Made by a program: the position numbers and the translations under genes. Positions 1 through 10,126 of a DNA stretch of 64,000 bases are shown piece by piece. The notes beneath the pieces were generated by a model that searched no databases, was not told the DNA's origin, and saw only the letters and a list, made by a program, of their open reading frames with translations. The stretch's first letter is position 1, and every line of letters starts with the position of its first letter. The stretch spans positions 1,643 through 65,642 of the forward strand of contig JBMOIC010000011.1 of assembly GCA_049317525.1 (NCBI GenBank), written 5' to 3'. The stretch is from Bacteroidota bacterium (GTDB taxonomy: Bacteria > Bacteroidota > Ignavibacteria > Kapaibacteriales > UBA961).

Positions 1-123
1 ATGTTCAATGCAGATAGATATTCAGCAAGCTTTAATGTAAGTGATTTACCAAGCGGTACTTATCAAGTACGTCTTTCTAATGAATTATTTACTAAATCAA
101 CATCAATTGTTGTTACGAAGTAA
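1..123 (+). CDS. 3' end of a probably secreted protein; the tail resembles a T9SS (Por) C-terminal sorting domain
   Basis: Frame-1 ORF is open from the window start to TAA at 121-123. The tail ...LPSGTYQVRLSNELFTKSTSIVVTK has the alternating hydrophobic beta-strand pattern and terminal K typical of T9SS CTDs. Partial gene, weak call. Confidence 0.35.
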   Translation: MFNADRYSASFNVSDLPSGTYQVRLSNELFTKSTSIVVTK

Positions 124-144
124 AAGCTAGTATATAGTTAAAAT

Positions 145-179
145 AAAAGCCCTTCCGAATTTCGGAAGGGCTTTTTTTT
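145..179. terminator. Rho-independent terminator, bidirectional
   Basis: Perfect inverted repeat GCCCTTCCGAA / TTCGGAAGGGC (149-171) with an A-run on the left and T8 on the right. It sits between the converging ends of the partial + gene and crtI (-). Confidence 0.65.
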
Positions 180-220
180 ATATTAGGACAATATTTAAGT
201 TCGAGAAAATAAAGAGGTAT

Positions 221-1693
221 TTAGTATTTTTCTAAAATCATATTAGACACAATTTTACCAGAACTCATAACCCCAGGTAAACCAGCGCCAGGATGAGTTC
301 CAGCACCTGCAAAATAAAGATTAGGAATATCTTCACTGATATTGTGTGGACGGAACCAAGCAGATTGTGTTAAAATAGGTTCTACAGAAAATGCACTTCC
401 TAAATGACTATTTAATGTATCCCTAAAATGTAGTGGAGTTACATAATGTTCACTTACAATATGCTTTGATAATTCAGGCATATAATGCTCTTCTAAATAA
501 GAAACTATCTTATCTCTATATTTAGGTCCTTCTGTATTCCAGTCAATATTACCACCTAAATGCGGTACAGGTGATAAAACATACCAGCAATCACAATTTT
601 CAGGCGCAAGGCTAGGATCTGTAGCAGAAGGCCTATGTAAATACAATGAAAAGTCATCAGATAATACTTTATTCTTAAATATATCTGTAACTAAATCCTT
701 ATATCTTGGACCCATAAGTATTTCATGATGTGCAATAGAATCATACTTTTTATTTGTACCAAAGTATAAAACAAAAAGGCTCATTGAATATTGCAGATTA
801 TCTATTCTTTTATCAGTATTCTTTTTTCTGAATTTTGATGGAATAAGATGCTTATATGTATTTGCTAAATCTGCATTGCTAATAATGATAGCTGCATTAT
901 AAATTTGCCCAGAGGCAGTTTTTACACCTGTAGCTTTGCCAGTATTATTGTCTATACAGATTTCTGAAACTTCAGAATTAAAAATAAATGATCCACCTAA
1001 ATCAGTAAAAAGTTTTGCTAAACCATCTACTAATGCACCCGTGCCACCCATAGCAAACCATACGCCCCATCTTTGTTCTAAGATATGAATGAGGGCATAA
1101 ATAGAAGTTGTCTGAAATGGATTACCACCAACAAGAAGAGGATGAAAACTAAAGACTTGTCTTAGTCTATCATCTTTAATATAGGTATTTACAAGGGCAG
1201 CAACAGATCTATGAGATTGCAAAGCAATCAGATCGGGCAATACTTTTAGCATTGAAGTAAAATCTGTAAAAGGCTTATCGATTAAATCAAAACCAGTTTT
1301 AAAAATCTTTTCAGCAAACTTTATAAACCTGTGATACCCATCTACATCAGGAGGATTGAATTCTTTAATTTGTTTAAGTATATGTTCTTTATTGCCATTA
1401 TAATTAAAAACGGAACCATCTTCAAAACGGACATTGTAAAATGGGTCTATAGGGACAAGATTCACATAGTCGGATGTTTTTTTACCGGCAATTTCAAACA
1501 ATTCATGAATTAACCAAGGTGCAGTAATGATAGTAGGTCCCGCATCAAAAGAGAAACCATCTCTTTTATACGTATAGGCTCTTCCACCGGGTTTATCTAA
1601 TTTATCAATTATGGTTACATCATATCCATTGGCTTGAAGTCTGATTGCAGCACTTAATCCACCAAATCCACTACCGACAACTAGAACTTTCAT
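221..1693 (-). CDS. crtI: phytoene desaturase (CrtI-family carotenoid desaturase)
   Basis: 490 aa. N-terminal FAD/Rossmann motif VVGSGFGGLSAAIRL. Long collinear similarity to Pantoea-type CrtI as I recall it (...DKPGGRAY...GFSFDAGPT..., FSFHPLLVGGNPF..TSIYALIH, LYFG, SLYLH.PS.TDPSLAP, VL.PVPHLG, HLGSAFS.EP.LTQSAWFRPHN, YF.GAGTHPGAG.PGV). Confidence 0.8.
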   Translation of the reverse strand: MKVLVVGSGFGGLSAAIRLQANGYDVTIIDKLDKPGGRAYTYKRDGFSFDAGPTIITAPWLIHELFEIAGKKTSDYVNLVPIDPFYNVRFEDGSVFNYNGNKEHILKQIKEFNPPDVDGYHRFIKFAEKIFKTGFDLIDKPFTDFTSMLKVLPDLIALQSHRSVAALVNTYIKDDRLRQVFSFHPLLVGGNPFQTTSIYALIHILEQRWGVWFAMGGTGALVDGLAKLFTDLGGSFIFNSEVSEICIDNNTGKATGVKTASGQIYNAAIIISNADLANTYKHLIPSKFRKKNTDKRIDNLQYSMSLFVLYFGTNKKYDSIAHHEILMGPRYKDLVTDIFKNKVLSDDFSLYLHRPSATDPSLAPENCDCWYVLSPVPHLGGNIDWNTEGPKYRDKIVSYLEEHYMPELSKHIVSEHYVTPLHFRDTLNSHLGSAFSVEPILTQSAWFRPHNISEDIPNLYFAGAGTHPGAGLPGVMSSGKIVSNMILEKY

Positions 1694-1893
1694 GGTAAAA
1701 AAGTATAAATATTAATGAAGAAAACACAATACAATAGAAAATAAAAAACGCTTAAAACAGTACGCTAAGTTCCATTTGAATGCGTCATAAGGATATTAAT
1801 AATATGCAATTTAGGTGTAAAAACAACACTTGTTTTGTCACGGCGTCTTCATTGCGTATTTTTGACCATTATAAATCAAAATAGTAAGACCAT

Positions 1894-2928
1894 ATGTCTG
1901 AAACAATAAAACGAACGATTCTAATTACTGGCGGAGCAGGATTTATAGGCAGCAATTTTATTCATTATCTGCTAAAAGAATATCCTGATTCGCTAAGAAT
2001 AGTTAATCTAGATGCATTAACATATGCAGGTAATCTTGAAAATCTTCAAGACATTCAAGATAATCCGCATCATATTTTTGTACATGGCTCTATAGAAGAT
2101 AAGGATTTGATTAGCAAGTTATGTACAGACTATGCGATAGAGGGTATAATAAACTTTGCTGCTGAGTCACATGTAGATAGATCTATAGCAGATGCAAAGC
2201 CATTTATCGATACTAATATTAATGGAACATTATCTTTATTAACAGTTGCAAAAAATTATGGATTACAAAAATTCGTACAAGTTTCAACAGATGAAGTATA
2301 TGGTTCATTGAGTAGTAATCCAGAAGAAAAGTTTACAGAAGAAACACCATTATCTCCAAATTCTCCATATTCTGCAGCAAAAGCATCGGCAGATTGTTTT
2401 GTTAGGGCCTTTCATCATACCTATGGAATGCATACGGTAATTACTCGTTGTTCTAATAATTATGGTCCGATGCAATTCCCAGAAAAGTTAATACCACTTA
2501 TGATTTTACATGCACAATCAGATAAACAATTACCAGTTTATGGCAATGGTTTACAAATACGAGATTGGATACATGTATTAGATCATTGCAAAGGTGTGTG
2601 GATGGCATATCAACATGGAAAATCTGGTGAAGTGTACAATTTTGGTGGTAATAGTGAATATGCAAATATTGATGTAGTAAAATTGGTATTAAATCTGCTT
2701 GATAAACCCGAATCATTGATTTCTTATGTTAAGGATCGTCCAGGGCATGACCAACGATATGCAATAGATGCATCAAAAGCTTTAAGAGAACTAGGTTGGC
2801 AGCCAACTATTACATTTAAGGATGGGCTAAAGCAAACGGTAGAATGGTATATATCACATCCGGAATGGTGTTCCCATATTGTAAATGGAGAATATCTAGA
2901 ATATTATAAAAAGCAATATCAGCAATAA
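1894..2928 (+). CDS. rfbB: dTDP-glucose 4,6-dehydratase
   Basis: 344 aa. Extended SDR GxxGxxG motif ILITGGAGFIGSNF, catalytic YSAAK, and the typical RmlB segments (DALTYAGNLENL, VSTDEVYG, DRPGHDQRYAID). Confidence 0.85.
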   Translation: MSETIKRTILITGGAGFIGSNFIHYLLKEYPDSLRIVNLDALTYAGNLENLQDIQDNPHHIFVHGSIEDKDLISKLCTDYAIEGIINFAAESHVDRSIADAKPFIDTNINGTLSLLTVAKNYGLQKFVQVSTDEVYGSLSSNPEEKFTEETPLSPNSPYSAAKASADCFVRAFHHTYGMHTVITRCSNNYGPMQFPEKLIPLMILHAQSDKQLPVYGNGLQIRDWIHVLDHCKGVWMAYQHGKSGEVYNFGGNSEYANIDVVKLVLNLLDKPESLISYVKDRPGHDQRYAIDASKALRELGWQPTITFKDGLKQTVEWYISHPEWCSHIVNGEYLEYYKKQYQQ

Positions 2929-2955
2929 AGAAATTAACACTTAGAACATACATCT

Positions 2956-4326
2956 TTGGATATTATGGCGAAGAATATAAAAAAACAATCGCAGAAATTT
3001 TCTACTGAACAATTTCTAGAATCAATCAATAATCATACTATAACAGTTGGAGTTATTGGCCTTGGCTATGTAGGGTTGCCAATAGCTGTAGAGTATGCTA
3101 AATTGGGAATTTCTACAATTGGATTTGATATAGATAATAAGAAAATTGATATACTTCAATCTGGTGGAAACTATATTATGGATATAGATTCTACATTAGT
3201 TGCTTCTGTGGTAGCAGGAAAGAATTTACAACCTACCACAGACTTTAGTCGATTGGCGGAATGCGATGTAATATATATATGTGTTCCTACGCCATTTACA
3301 CCAAATAAAGATCCGGATATATCATATATCATTCAATCTTCAGAAGCAGTAGCGGATTCATTACGCTTGGGACAACTAATCATATTAAAAAGTACTACAT
3401 TTCCAGGTACAACAACCAAATATGTACAGCCAATATTAGAAAAAAAGGGATTAATCCTTGGTAAAGAATATTTCTTGGCATTTTCTCCAGAAAGAATCGA
3501 TCCAGGTAATACAACATGGCATACAGGAAATACGCCAATTGTTGCAGGTGGTGTCACAAAATGGTGTACAACCTTGGCATGTGCAGCCCATGGCTTAATC
3601 GTTAGTAAAGTAATACCAGTTTCATCTCCAAATGTAGCTGAAATGGAAAAATTATTAGAGAATATTTTCCGAAGTGTTAATATTGCTTTAGTAAATGAAT
3701 TAGCCCAGCTTTGTGATAGAATTGGAGTCAATATTTGGGAAGTTGTAGAAGCAGCAGGAACAAAGCCATTTGGTTTTATGCCATTTTTCCCAGGGCCAGG
3801 TATTGGTGGACATTGCATATTGATTGATCCATATTATCTTTCATGGATGGCAAGAGAATACGATTTTGAGACAAATTTCATTACTCTGGCTGCAGAAGTA
3901 AATGAATCTATGCCATTTTATGTTCGCAGCATGATAGAACGTGAAGTAGCACGCCAACCAATTACATTATCTACAGCAAAAGTATTATTACTTGGAATGG
4001 CATTTAAAAAAGATGTCGATGATTTAAGGCATTCTCCAGCATTAAAAGTTGCGGAATTAATGATGCAAGATGGAATCAAAAATGTAAAGTATTTTGACCC
4101 ATATATACCAACTGTTAAAGTGCATGATAAAGTATTAAAATCTGAAAAGTCGCTTACAGCAGAAACATTAAAAAATTATGATATAGTAGTGATAACTACA
4201 GATCATTCTTGTTATGATTATGAGATGATAGTTAAAAATAGCAAAGTAGTGATAGACACCAGAAATGCATGTAAAAATGTAAAAGGCACAAAAAAGAATG
4301 TAGTGCTTCTTGGCAGCGGATCTTAA
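2956..4326 (+). CDS. wecC: nucleotide-sugar dehydrogenase (UDP-N-acetyl-D-mannosamine / UDP-GlcNAc 6-dehydrogenase family)
   Basis: 456 aa. N-terminal NAD-binding motif VGVIGLGYVGLP. UDP-glucose/GDP-mannose dehydrogenase family central and C-terminal regions (GGHCI..DPYY; LGMAFKKDVDDLRHSPA). The stop is 10 nt before the 2-epimerase gene, which suggests a UDP-ManNAcA-type pathway; the exact substrate is inference. Confidence 0.65.
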   Translation: MDIMAKNIKKQSQKFSTEQFLESINNHTITVGVIGLGYVGLPIAVEYAKLGISTIGFDIDNKKIDILQSGGNYIMDIDSTLVASVVAGKNLQPTTDFSRLAECDVIYICVPTPFTPNKDPDISYIIQSSEAVADSLRLGQLIILKSTTFPGTTTKYVQPILEKKGLILGKEYFLAFSPERIDPGNTTWHTGNTPIVAGGVTKWCTTLACAAHGLIVSKVIPVSSPNVAEMEKLLENIFRSVNIALVNELAQLCDRIGVNIWEVVEAAGTKPFGFMPFFPGPGIGGHCILIDPYYLSWMAREYDFETNFITLAAEVNESMPFYVRSMIEREVARQPITLSTAKVLLLGMAFKKDVDDLRHSPALKVAELMMQDGIKNVKYFDPYIPTVKVHDKVLKSEKSLTAETLKNYDIVVITTDHSCYDYEMIVKNSKVVIDTRNACKNVKGTKKNVVLLGSGS

Positions 4327-4335
4327 GAGAAATAC

Positions 4336-5445
4336 ATGAAAAGAATACTATCTGTTGTGGGAGCCCGACCCAATTTTATGAAAGTAGCTCCGATTCACCG
4401 AGCTTTTCAACAATACTCTCCAGAATTCGAGCATTGTATTGTGCATACTGGCCAGCATTATGATGCAGCTATGAGTGATGCATTTTTTACAGATTTATCA
4501 ATGCCTGCACCAACTGTATTCCTTGGCATAGGCGGTGGAACACATGCTGCACAAACAGCCAGAATAATGGTAGAATTCGAGAAAACATGTCTAGACTTGC
4601 AACCAGATTTAGTAATTGTAGTTGGAGATGTAAATTCTACAATAGCATGCGCTTTAACTGCTGTAAAATTAGGAATTCCAACAGCACATGTAGAAGCAGG
4701 ATTAAGAAGCTATGATAGAAAAATGCCCGAAGAAATTAATCGAATAGCCACAGATTCAATTTGTGATTATTGGTTTACAACAGAGGAAAGTGGTACTGAT
4801 ACACTTCTTAATCAAGGTTGTGATAAGGATAAAGTATTCTTTGTTGGCAATACAATGATTGATTCTTTGCAGTATGCAATGCCAATGGTACAAAATTCAA
4901 CGATTTTACAAGATATTGGCATTCAGAAAAAAGAATATGCATTGGTAACCATGCACCGTCCCAGCAATGTAGATGAACCAGAACAATTATCAGCATTAAT
5001 GAACATTCTGGCAGAATTATCTAATCAAAAAGCAATAGTATTTCCGGTACATCCTAGAACCAAACAGAAATTACAAGAATATGGCTTAATGCATATTTTG
5101 ACAACTCATCCTGCTTTACATCTAATATCACCGCAAGGTTATATTAATTTTGTAGCATTAATGAACAATGCAGATTTTGTACTTACAGATTCAGGCGGCA
5201 TTCAAGAGGAAACCACTGTTCTTGGCATCCCATGTATAACAGCCAGAACAAGCACAGAAAGACCAATTACAGTATCTTTAGGAACAAATATTCTTATAGA
5301 TCCATCTCCAGAGTCTATTCATAAAGCACTTCATCAAATGATGAATGAACCAAGAAAAATTGGACATATACCCCCATTATGGGATGGAAAAGCAGCTGAA
5401 AGAATAGCATCGATAATTGTATCACACTCCCTGTATAAACAATGA
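4336..5445 (+). CDS. wecB: UDP-N-acetylglucosamine 2-epimerase (non-hydrolysing)
   Basis: 369 aa. Starts MKRILSVVGARPNFMKVAP...; contains HVEAGLRS, DSGGIQEE, TERP. Classic WecB/MnaA. Confidence 0.85.
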   Translation: MKRILSVVGARPNFMKVAPIHRAFQQYSPEFEHCIVHTGQHYDAAMSDAFFTDLSMPAPTVFLGIGGGTHAAQTARIMVEFEKTCLDLQPDLVIVVGDVNSTIACALTAVKLGIPTAHVEAGLRSYDRKMPEEINRIATDSICDYWFTTEESGTDTLLNQGCDKDKVFFVGNTMIDSLQYAMPMVQNSTILQDIGIQKKEYALVTMHRPSNVDEPEQLSALMNILAELSNQKAIVFPVHPRTKQKLQEYGLMHILTTHPALHLISPQGYINFVALMNNADFVLTDSGGIQEETTVLGIPCITARTSTERPITVSLGTNILIDPSPESIHKALHQMMNEPRKIGHIPPLWDGKAAERIASIIVSHSLYKQ

Positions 5446-7208
5446 TTACTCGATTAACAGAATATTTAATCAAAAAAAGCATACTAAACCTTATACTGTT
5501 ATTATGTATTGGATATACGGCAGAATCACAAGTAATGGGCTCTTCAAGTGATTTTGATATGACTAAGCTTATGCAGCAAAATGCTCCTTCTGGTTCGGAA
5601 TTATTAAGAACAGAATTATTACCTTCTGATAATATAGTAGATCCTATAACTTATAGAGTAGGCCCCGGAGATGTATTATCAATTCAAATACTTTCTGGAA
5701 ATGCAACCGAACAATATATATCTATTACACCAGAAAACTCTGTATTAATCCCAAGAATTGGTGAAGTATCTTTATTAGGCAAAACATTGTCTCAAGCAAA
5801 AGATACAATTATCACAGTAATGAAAAATAGAAATCCCCAAGCTACTATAACAGTGATGTTAAGAAAAAGTAGAACATTATATATAAGCATCAAAGGAAAT
5901 ATTAGATTTCCAGGAACATATACAGTTCCTGCTTCTATGCGAGTTTCTACAATTATACGATTAGCTAATCAACCACCAAAATCAGCTGCTCAAAATACAA
6001 TGGGTGGAACATCAGCACAAATAGATCAATCTAAAGAACTTAATGCAATAGAAGCACAAAAATCAGTATTAAAAGCTGGTACTATGTCCGCTGGAGAAGA
6101 TCTACCATCCTTTGTAGCAAGAAATATCAGCATTCTTCATACTGATGGAAGCGCCCACAATGTCGATTTAGAAAAATCTATAACAGAAGTGCGCAATAAT
6201 TTAGATCCAACACTGCGAGAAGGGGATCAAATATATGTGCCATTCGAAAAACCTGGTTATGCTACAATTGCAATAGCCGGTGCCGTAAGAAGGCCGATCA
6301 CCATTGCATATAAACAAGGTGATAAAGCATCTATGCTATTAAAACTTGGATATGGATTCACCGAAGATGCTAATGTAAATGAAGTATATCTAGATCAGGG
6401 TGGCCAGCAAACCAAGATTCCTATTCAATCTGATGGTACTTTATCTAAAGATATAGATATTGTGCCCGGAGCTGTAATAGTTGTGAGGTCTAATAATATC
6501 TTGGCAACAGGATTTAAAACCGGTGTGGCAGAGCTAACAGGGGCAATACAAAATCCTGGAGCCTATACAATCAAAGCAGGAATAACAACATTAAAAGATA
6601 TCATAGAGCAAGCTGGTGGAATAACAGATAAAGCATATTTGCCATTGGCTTATATTGTTAGACGCGAAAAGCAAGAACCAGCATCTAATGAACCAAGATT
6701 TCGTGCAATGATGGGTATGCAATTTACAGATCTAAAAGCTGAAGATACGATGCGTTACTTAATGCATTCTATGTACAGAAAACCATCTGTAGCATGCGAT
6801 TTCACAAAAGCATTTTCTGGTTCAGAAAAAGATAATGTATTAATAGAAGATGGTGATATCATTGTTATGCCAGAGAATCCACAAAGAGTATATGTTTATG
6901 GTCAGGTTAATAATCCAGGCTATGTTACATTTGTTTCTGGAAAAACAATGGATTGGTATATACAACAAGCCGGTGGTTATGCAGCAGGTGCCGATGAAGA
7001 TCTAACAAGAATTATCAAAGGCCGCTCTAAAATATGGGTGGAAGGTGATAAAAAAGACGTATTTGTAGAATCTGGTGACGAAATATATTGCGCCCCACCT
7101 TCTCAAAGGCCCCCAGGATATGAATATCAATATTATAGCTTTCTTATTACCGCAATTGGTGGTTTAGTTGCAACATTAAATGTTGTTTACTATGCATTTA
7201 TACGATAA
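5442..7208 (+). CDS. Wza-like polysaccharide export protein (Poly_export + SLBB domains)
   Basis: 588 aa. Signal peptide. Poly_export motif YRVGPGDVLSIQI...NSVLIPRIGEVSLLGKTLSQAKDTI. Repeated SLBB-like segments (GAVRRPITIAYKQGDK..., VNNPGYVTFVSGKTMDWYIQQAGG) and a C-terminal TM helix. Overlaps the wecB stop by 4 nt. Confidence 0.7.
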   Translation: MITRLTEYLIKKSILNLILLLCIGYTAESQVMGSSSDFDMTKLMQQNAPSGSELLRTELLPSDNIVDPITYRVGPGDVLSIQILSGNATEQYISITPENSVLIPRIGEVSLLGKTLSQAKDTIITVMKNRNPQATITVMLRKSRTLYISIKGNIRFPGTYTVPASMRVSTIIRLANQPPKSAAQNTMGGTSAQIDQSKELNAIEAQKSVLKAGTMSAGEDLPSFVARNISILHTDGSAHNVDLEKSITEVRNNLDPTLREGDQIYVPFEKPGYATIAIAGAVRRPITIAYKQGDKASMLLKLGYGFTEDANVNEVYLDQGGQQTKIPIQSDGTLSKDIDIVPGAVIVVRSNNILATGFKTGVAELTGAIQNPGAYTIKAGITTLKDIIEQAGGITDKAYLPLAYIVRREKQEPASNEPRFRAMMGMQFTDLKAEDTMRYLMHSMYRKPSVACDFTKAFSGSEKDNVLIEDGDIIVMPENPQRVYVYGQVNNPGYVTFVSGKTMDWYIQQAGGYAAGADEDLTRIIKGRSKIWVEGDKKDVFVESGDEIYCAPPSQRPPGYEYQYYSFLITAIGGLVATLNVVYYAFIR

Positions 7209-7222
7209 GGAAAGAATATAAA

Positions 7223-8941
7223 GTGAATATAATTCAACAGGTTTACAAATATCATATTATTATGGCGATGGCAATAATAATAAGTATTGGTATTTGTATC
7301 AATCCCAATAATGTAAAAGCTCAAGTTGAACATCTGCCAATTTCTCATCCTGTGTATATGTTCCTGCAACATTGCGAAGCAAAAGGACTTTTAGAACATT
7401 TTTCCTTGTCATCTTTGCCATTACAAAGGGGTGAAGTAGCCGCTGCACTAAGATCGATTTGTAGTGCTACTCCGCAATTAACTGTATCCGAAAAACAGAC
7501 ATTAGAATTATATGAGCAAGAGATTTGTCCAGAATTAAGAGTTAATTCATCTGTTTTTTCTAGCGATGTACCCCAAAAAGATACTTTGTCATTTTTTAGC
7601 TCTGGATTGTTTTCTGAAAATGAAAAAGGTTTTTACTTTCAAGATGAAAACAATGTGAATGTATATGCTGTTCCACTTGCATCAGCAGATTTTGGATTTA
7701 GATCATTAGATACAAATTCTAGTTCGATGTTTTCTGTTCAAGCTGGCATAAGAGTACATGGAACATTAAGCAATCGATTTGGTTATTTTATGCAAGTAAC
7801 AAATGGATCTTTAATCAGCGGAGATAGAACACTTGCTTTAGAGGATATACGATTAAAACAAAATATCAAATTTGCTGTACTCAATAGTGATTTTGATTTC
7901 ACGGAATCTCATATACGATATGATTATGATTGGTTTTATATCGGAATTGGCCGCGAATCTAGATTATTAGGCGCTGGATTTAGACATCATCAATTTTTAG
8001 GACAAAATGCCCCGCCACTAGATGCAGTTTTTGCTGGAGCACGTTTTAAGCAATTTGAATATAGATTTACATATGCTTCTTTGATGTCATTGGCAATCGA
8101 TACAAATGGACAAGCAATACTCCCCAATATGGGAATAATAGCCGGTTCTGATAAATATTTCCCATCCAAAACATTAGTAATGCATAGGGCAGCATTTCGT
8201 CCTAAATGGGGCGAAATAGCATTATGGGAAAGCGTTGTTTATCAAAATAGAAGCTTAGATTTAGGATATCTAAATCCTTTAAGTTTTTTAAAATCCGTAG
8301 AACATTCTTTAAGAGATAGAGATAATAGTGCAATGGGATTTGATTTTACTATTAGGCCTGTAAAAGGACTATCGATAAAAGGATCTTATTTATTAGATGA
8401 TTTAATTTTTTCTAAAATTGGAACAGATTATTGGGGAAATAAAGCAGCGTATTCTTTAGGCGCATTATATGCATTCCCATCGTGGAATATAGGCGCCGAA
8501 TATGCCAAAGTGTATCCGTATACATATTCGCATTTTAATGTACAAAATTCAATGACAAGTGATGGACAAATTATAACGGGATCTTTAGCTCCAAATAGCG
8601 ATGAACTTGCACTTTTTGGATCATTGTGGTATGGCAATCGTTATCCAATTCAATTCTTGATTTCTTATCGTAGGCATGGTGCAAATCAAGTAGAAACAAT
8701 CAATGGAAAAGATACATTACTTGTTAATCATGGTGGAGATGCATTATACTGCAAAAGACCGAATGATTCGATGGATGCTCCTTTTCTAGCAGGAATTGTA
8801 CTTGAAACATTTAAAACTCAGATGTCTATAGGCTATGAAATAATAAGAGGATTTAATATTCAAGCAGCATATCAGTTTAGAAAAACAGGCAAGGAAAATG
8901 TGCATATAGCACAAGTATCATTACGATTTGAAGATTTTTGA
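7223..8941 (+). CDS. outer-membrane beta-barrel protein, Wzi-like (capsule assembly) candidate
   Basis: 572 aa. Signal peptide. N-terminal segment HPVYMFLQHCEAKGLL...LSSLPLQRGEVAAAL matches the conserved N-terminal helix motif of Caps_assemb_Wzi proteins. The C-terminus ends in an aromatic residue (..RFEDF), which is barrel-like. Family assignment is from memory of the motif. Confidence 0.45.
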   Translation: MNIIQQVYKYHIIMAMAIIISIGICINPNNVKAQVEHLPISHPVYMFLQHCEAKGLLEHFSLSSLPLQRGEVAAALRSICSATPQLTVSEKQTLELYEQEICPELRVNSSVFSSDVPQKDTLSFFSSGLFSENEKGFYFQDENNVNVYAVPLASADFGFRSLDTNSSSMFSVQAGIRVHGTLSNRFGYFMQVTNGSLISGDRTLALEDIRLKQNIKFAVLNSDFDFTESHIRYDYDWFYIGIGRESRLLGAGFRHHQFLGQNAPPLDAVFAGARFKQFEYRFTYASLMSLAIDTNGQAILPNMGIIAGSDKYFPSKTLVMHRAAFRPKWGEIALWESVVYQNRSLDLGYLNPLSFLKSVEHSLRDRDNSAMGFDFTIRPVKGLSIKGSYLLDDLIFSKIGTDYWGNKAAYSLGALYAFPSWNIGAEYAKVYPYTYSHFNVQNSMTSDGQIITGSLAPNSDELALFGSLWYGNRYPIQFLISYRRHGANQVETINGKDTLLVNHGGDALYCKRPNDSMDAPFLAGIVLETFKTQMSIGYEIIRGFNIQAAYQFRKTGKENVHIAQVSLRFEDF

Positions 8942-8950
8942 TAAACCACT

Positions 8951-10117
8951 ATGCTTATAGAAGATTACTTCATATTGTTTTGCTATCTCTTAATTCTCTA
9001 TCCATTTATTTTTTATCCATTGATATTAGAACTGCTTGTTAGAATAAAAAAAAACAAACTTTTTCAATTATCAATTTCAGATATATCAACTGATCAATTA
9101 CCCGAGATATCAGTTTTGATAGCAGCATATAATGAGGTAGATACTATAGAAGAAACAGTAGAAACAATTTATAAACAACAGTATCCAAGAATACAAGTTC
9201 ATGTTGGAAGTGATGGTTCTAATGATGGTACGATAGAATTACTTTATGAATTACAAAAAAAATATCCTTCTTTTTTTGTTTATGATTTATCAAGAAGAGG
9301 AAAAAATCGCATAAATGAATTTCTGATTGCACATTCTCAATCGGAGATTATTGTCCATATAGATGCAGATTGTAGAATTGTTCCCAATGCATTGCATGCT
9401 ATGTGTGCACGATTTATAGATCCTGAAATAGGAGCTGTACTTGGAAATTCTATAGAGTTTAATGGTCATGTGTATGAACATGAGACATTAGAAAAAGAAC
9501 AATCAGCATATAGATCTTTAGAATACTTTACAAGACTTAGGGAATCTCAATTAGCTTCTACGGTTACAAGCCTTGGACATTTTTATGCATTACGTAGAAG
9601 ATATAGAAAACCCTTGCCGAATGATTCGGTATGCGATGATTATACTCCATTATTATCCATATTAGCAGATAAAAAAAGAGTAGTAGTAGAAACAAAAGCA
9701 TCGGTGTATGAAGTAAGAAAATCTATCGAAGGGATGGAATATTTACAAGCTCAGCGTTTTGCTGCATGTGGAATTGCATCACTATTGTTTTATAAAAGAC
9801 TATTATTACCTACATATGGATTGATTTCATTTTTTTTGTGGTCAAGAAAAATGCTTCGATGGTGTTTGCCATTCTTTAGTATCATACTTTTGATTCTAAC
9901 AAGTATAAGTGTAGTAAAAACTTCAATGATTGGTTTGTTTTCTGCTAGCATATGGACACTAGTATTTATAGGTGCATTAGCATGGAATATAGGCCTTTCA
10001 TTTAAACCATTCCATAGTGCTTATATTTTTTTACGCTTACATATCAGTTTGATAATGGCTTGGCTTCATACAATACATAAAAAGCAATCTGCAGTGTGGG
10101 AAAGGCCAACTGCATAA
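8951..10117 (+). CDS. family-2 glycosyltransferase with C-terminal membrane domain
   Basis: 388 aa. GT2 motifs ISVLIAAYNE...VGSDGSNDGT and DADCRIVPNA (DxD), followed by several hydrophobic helices. Confidence 0.7.
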   Translation: MLIEDYFILFCYLLILYPFIFYPLILELLVRIKKNKLFQLSISDISTDQLPEISVLIAAYNEVDTIEETVETIYKQQYPRIQVHVGSDGSNDGTIELLYELQKKYPSFFVYDLSRRGKNRINEFLIAHSQSEIIVHIDADCRIVPNALHAMCARFIDPEIGAVLGNSIEFNGHVYEHETLEKEQSAYRSLEYFTRLRESQLASTVTSLGHFYALRRRYRKPLPNDSVCDDYTPLLSILADKKRVVVETKASVYEVRKSIEGMEYLQAQRFAACGIASLLFYKRLLLPTYGLISFFLWSRKMLRWCLPFFSIILLILTSISVVKTSMIGLFSASIWTLVFIGALAWNIGLSFKPFHSAYIFLRLHISLIMAWLHTIHKKQSAVWERPTA

Positions 10118-10126
10118 TCAAGATAT

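Noticed and set aside
3333-3818. Antisense or alternative-frame ORFs inside well-supported genes (e.g. 3333-3818, 22082-22360, 22481-22924, 32212-32637, 36809-37126, 43617-43940)
   Set aside because: They are embedded in conserved coding regions on the opposite strand or in another frame, lack homology signals, and have serine/proline-rich composition typical of shadow ORFs.
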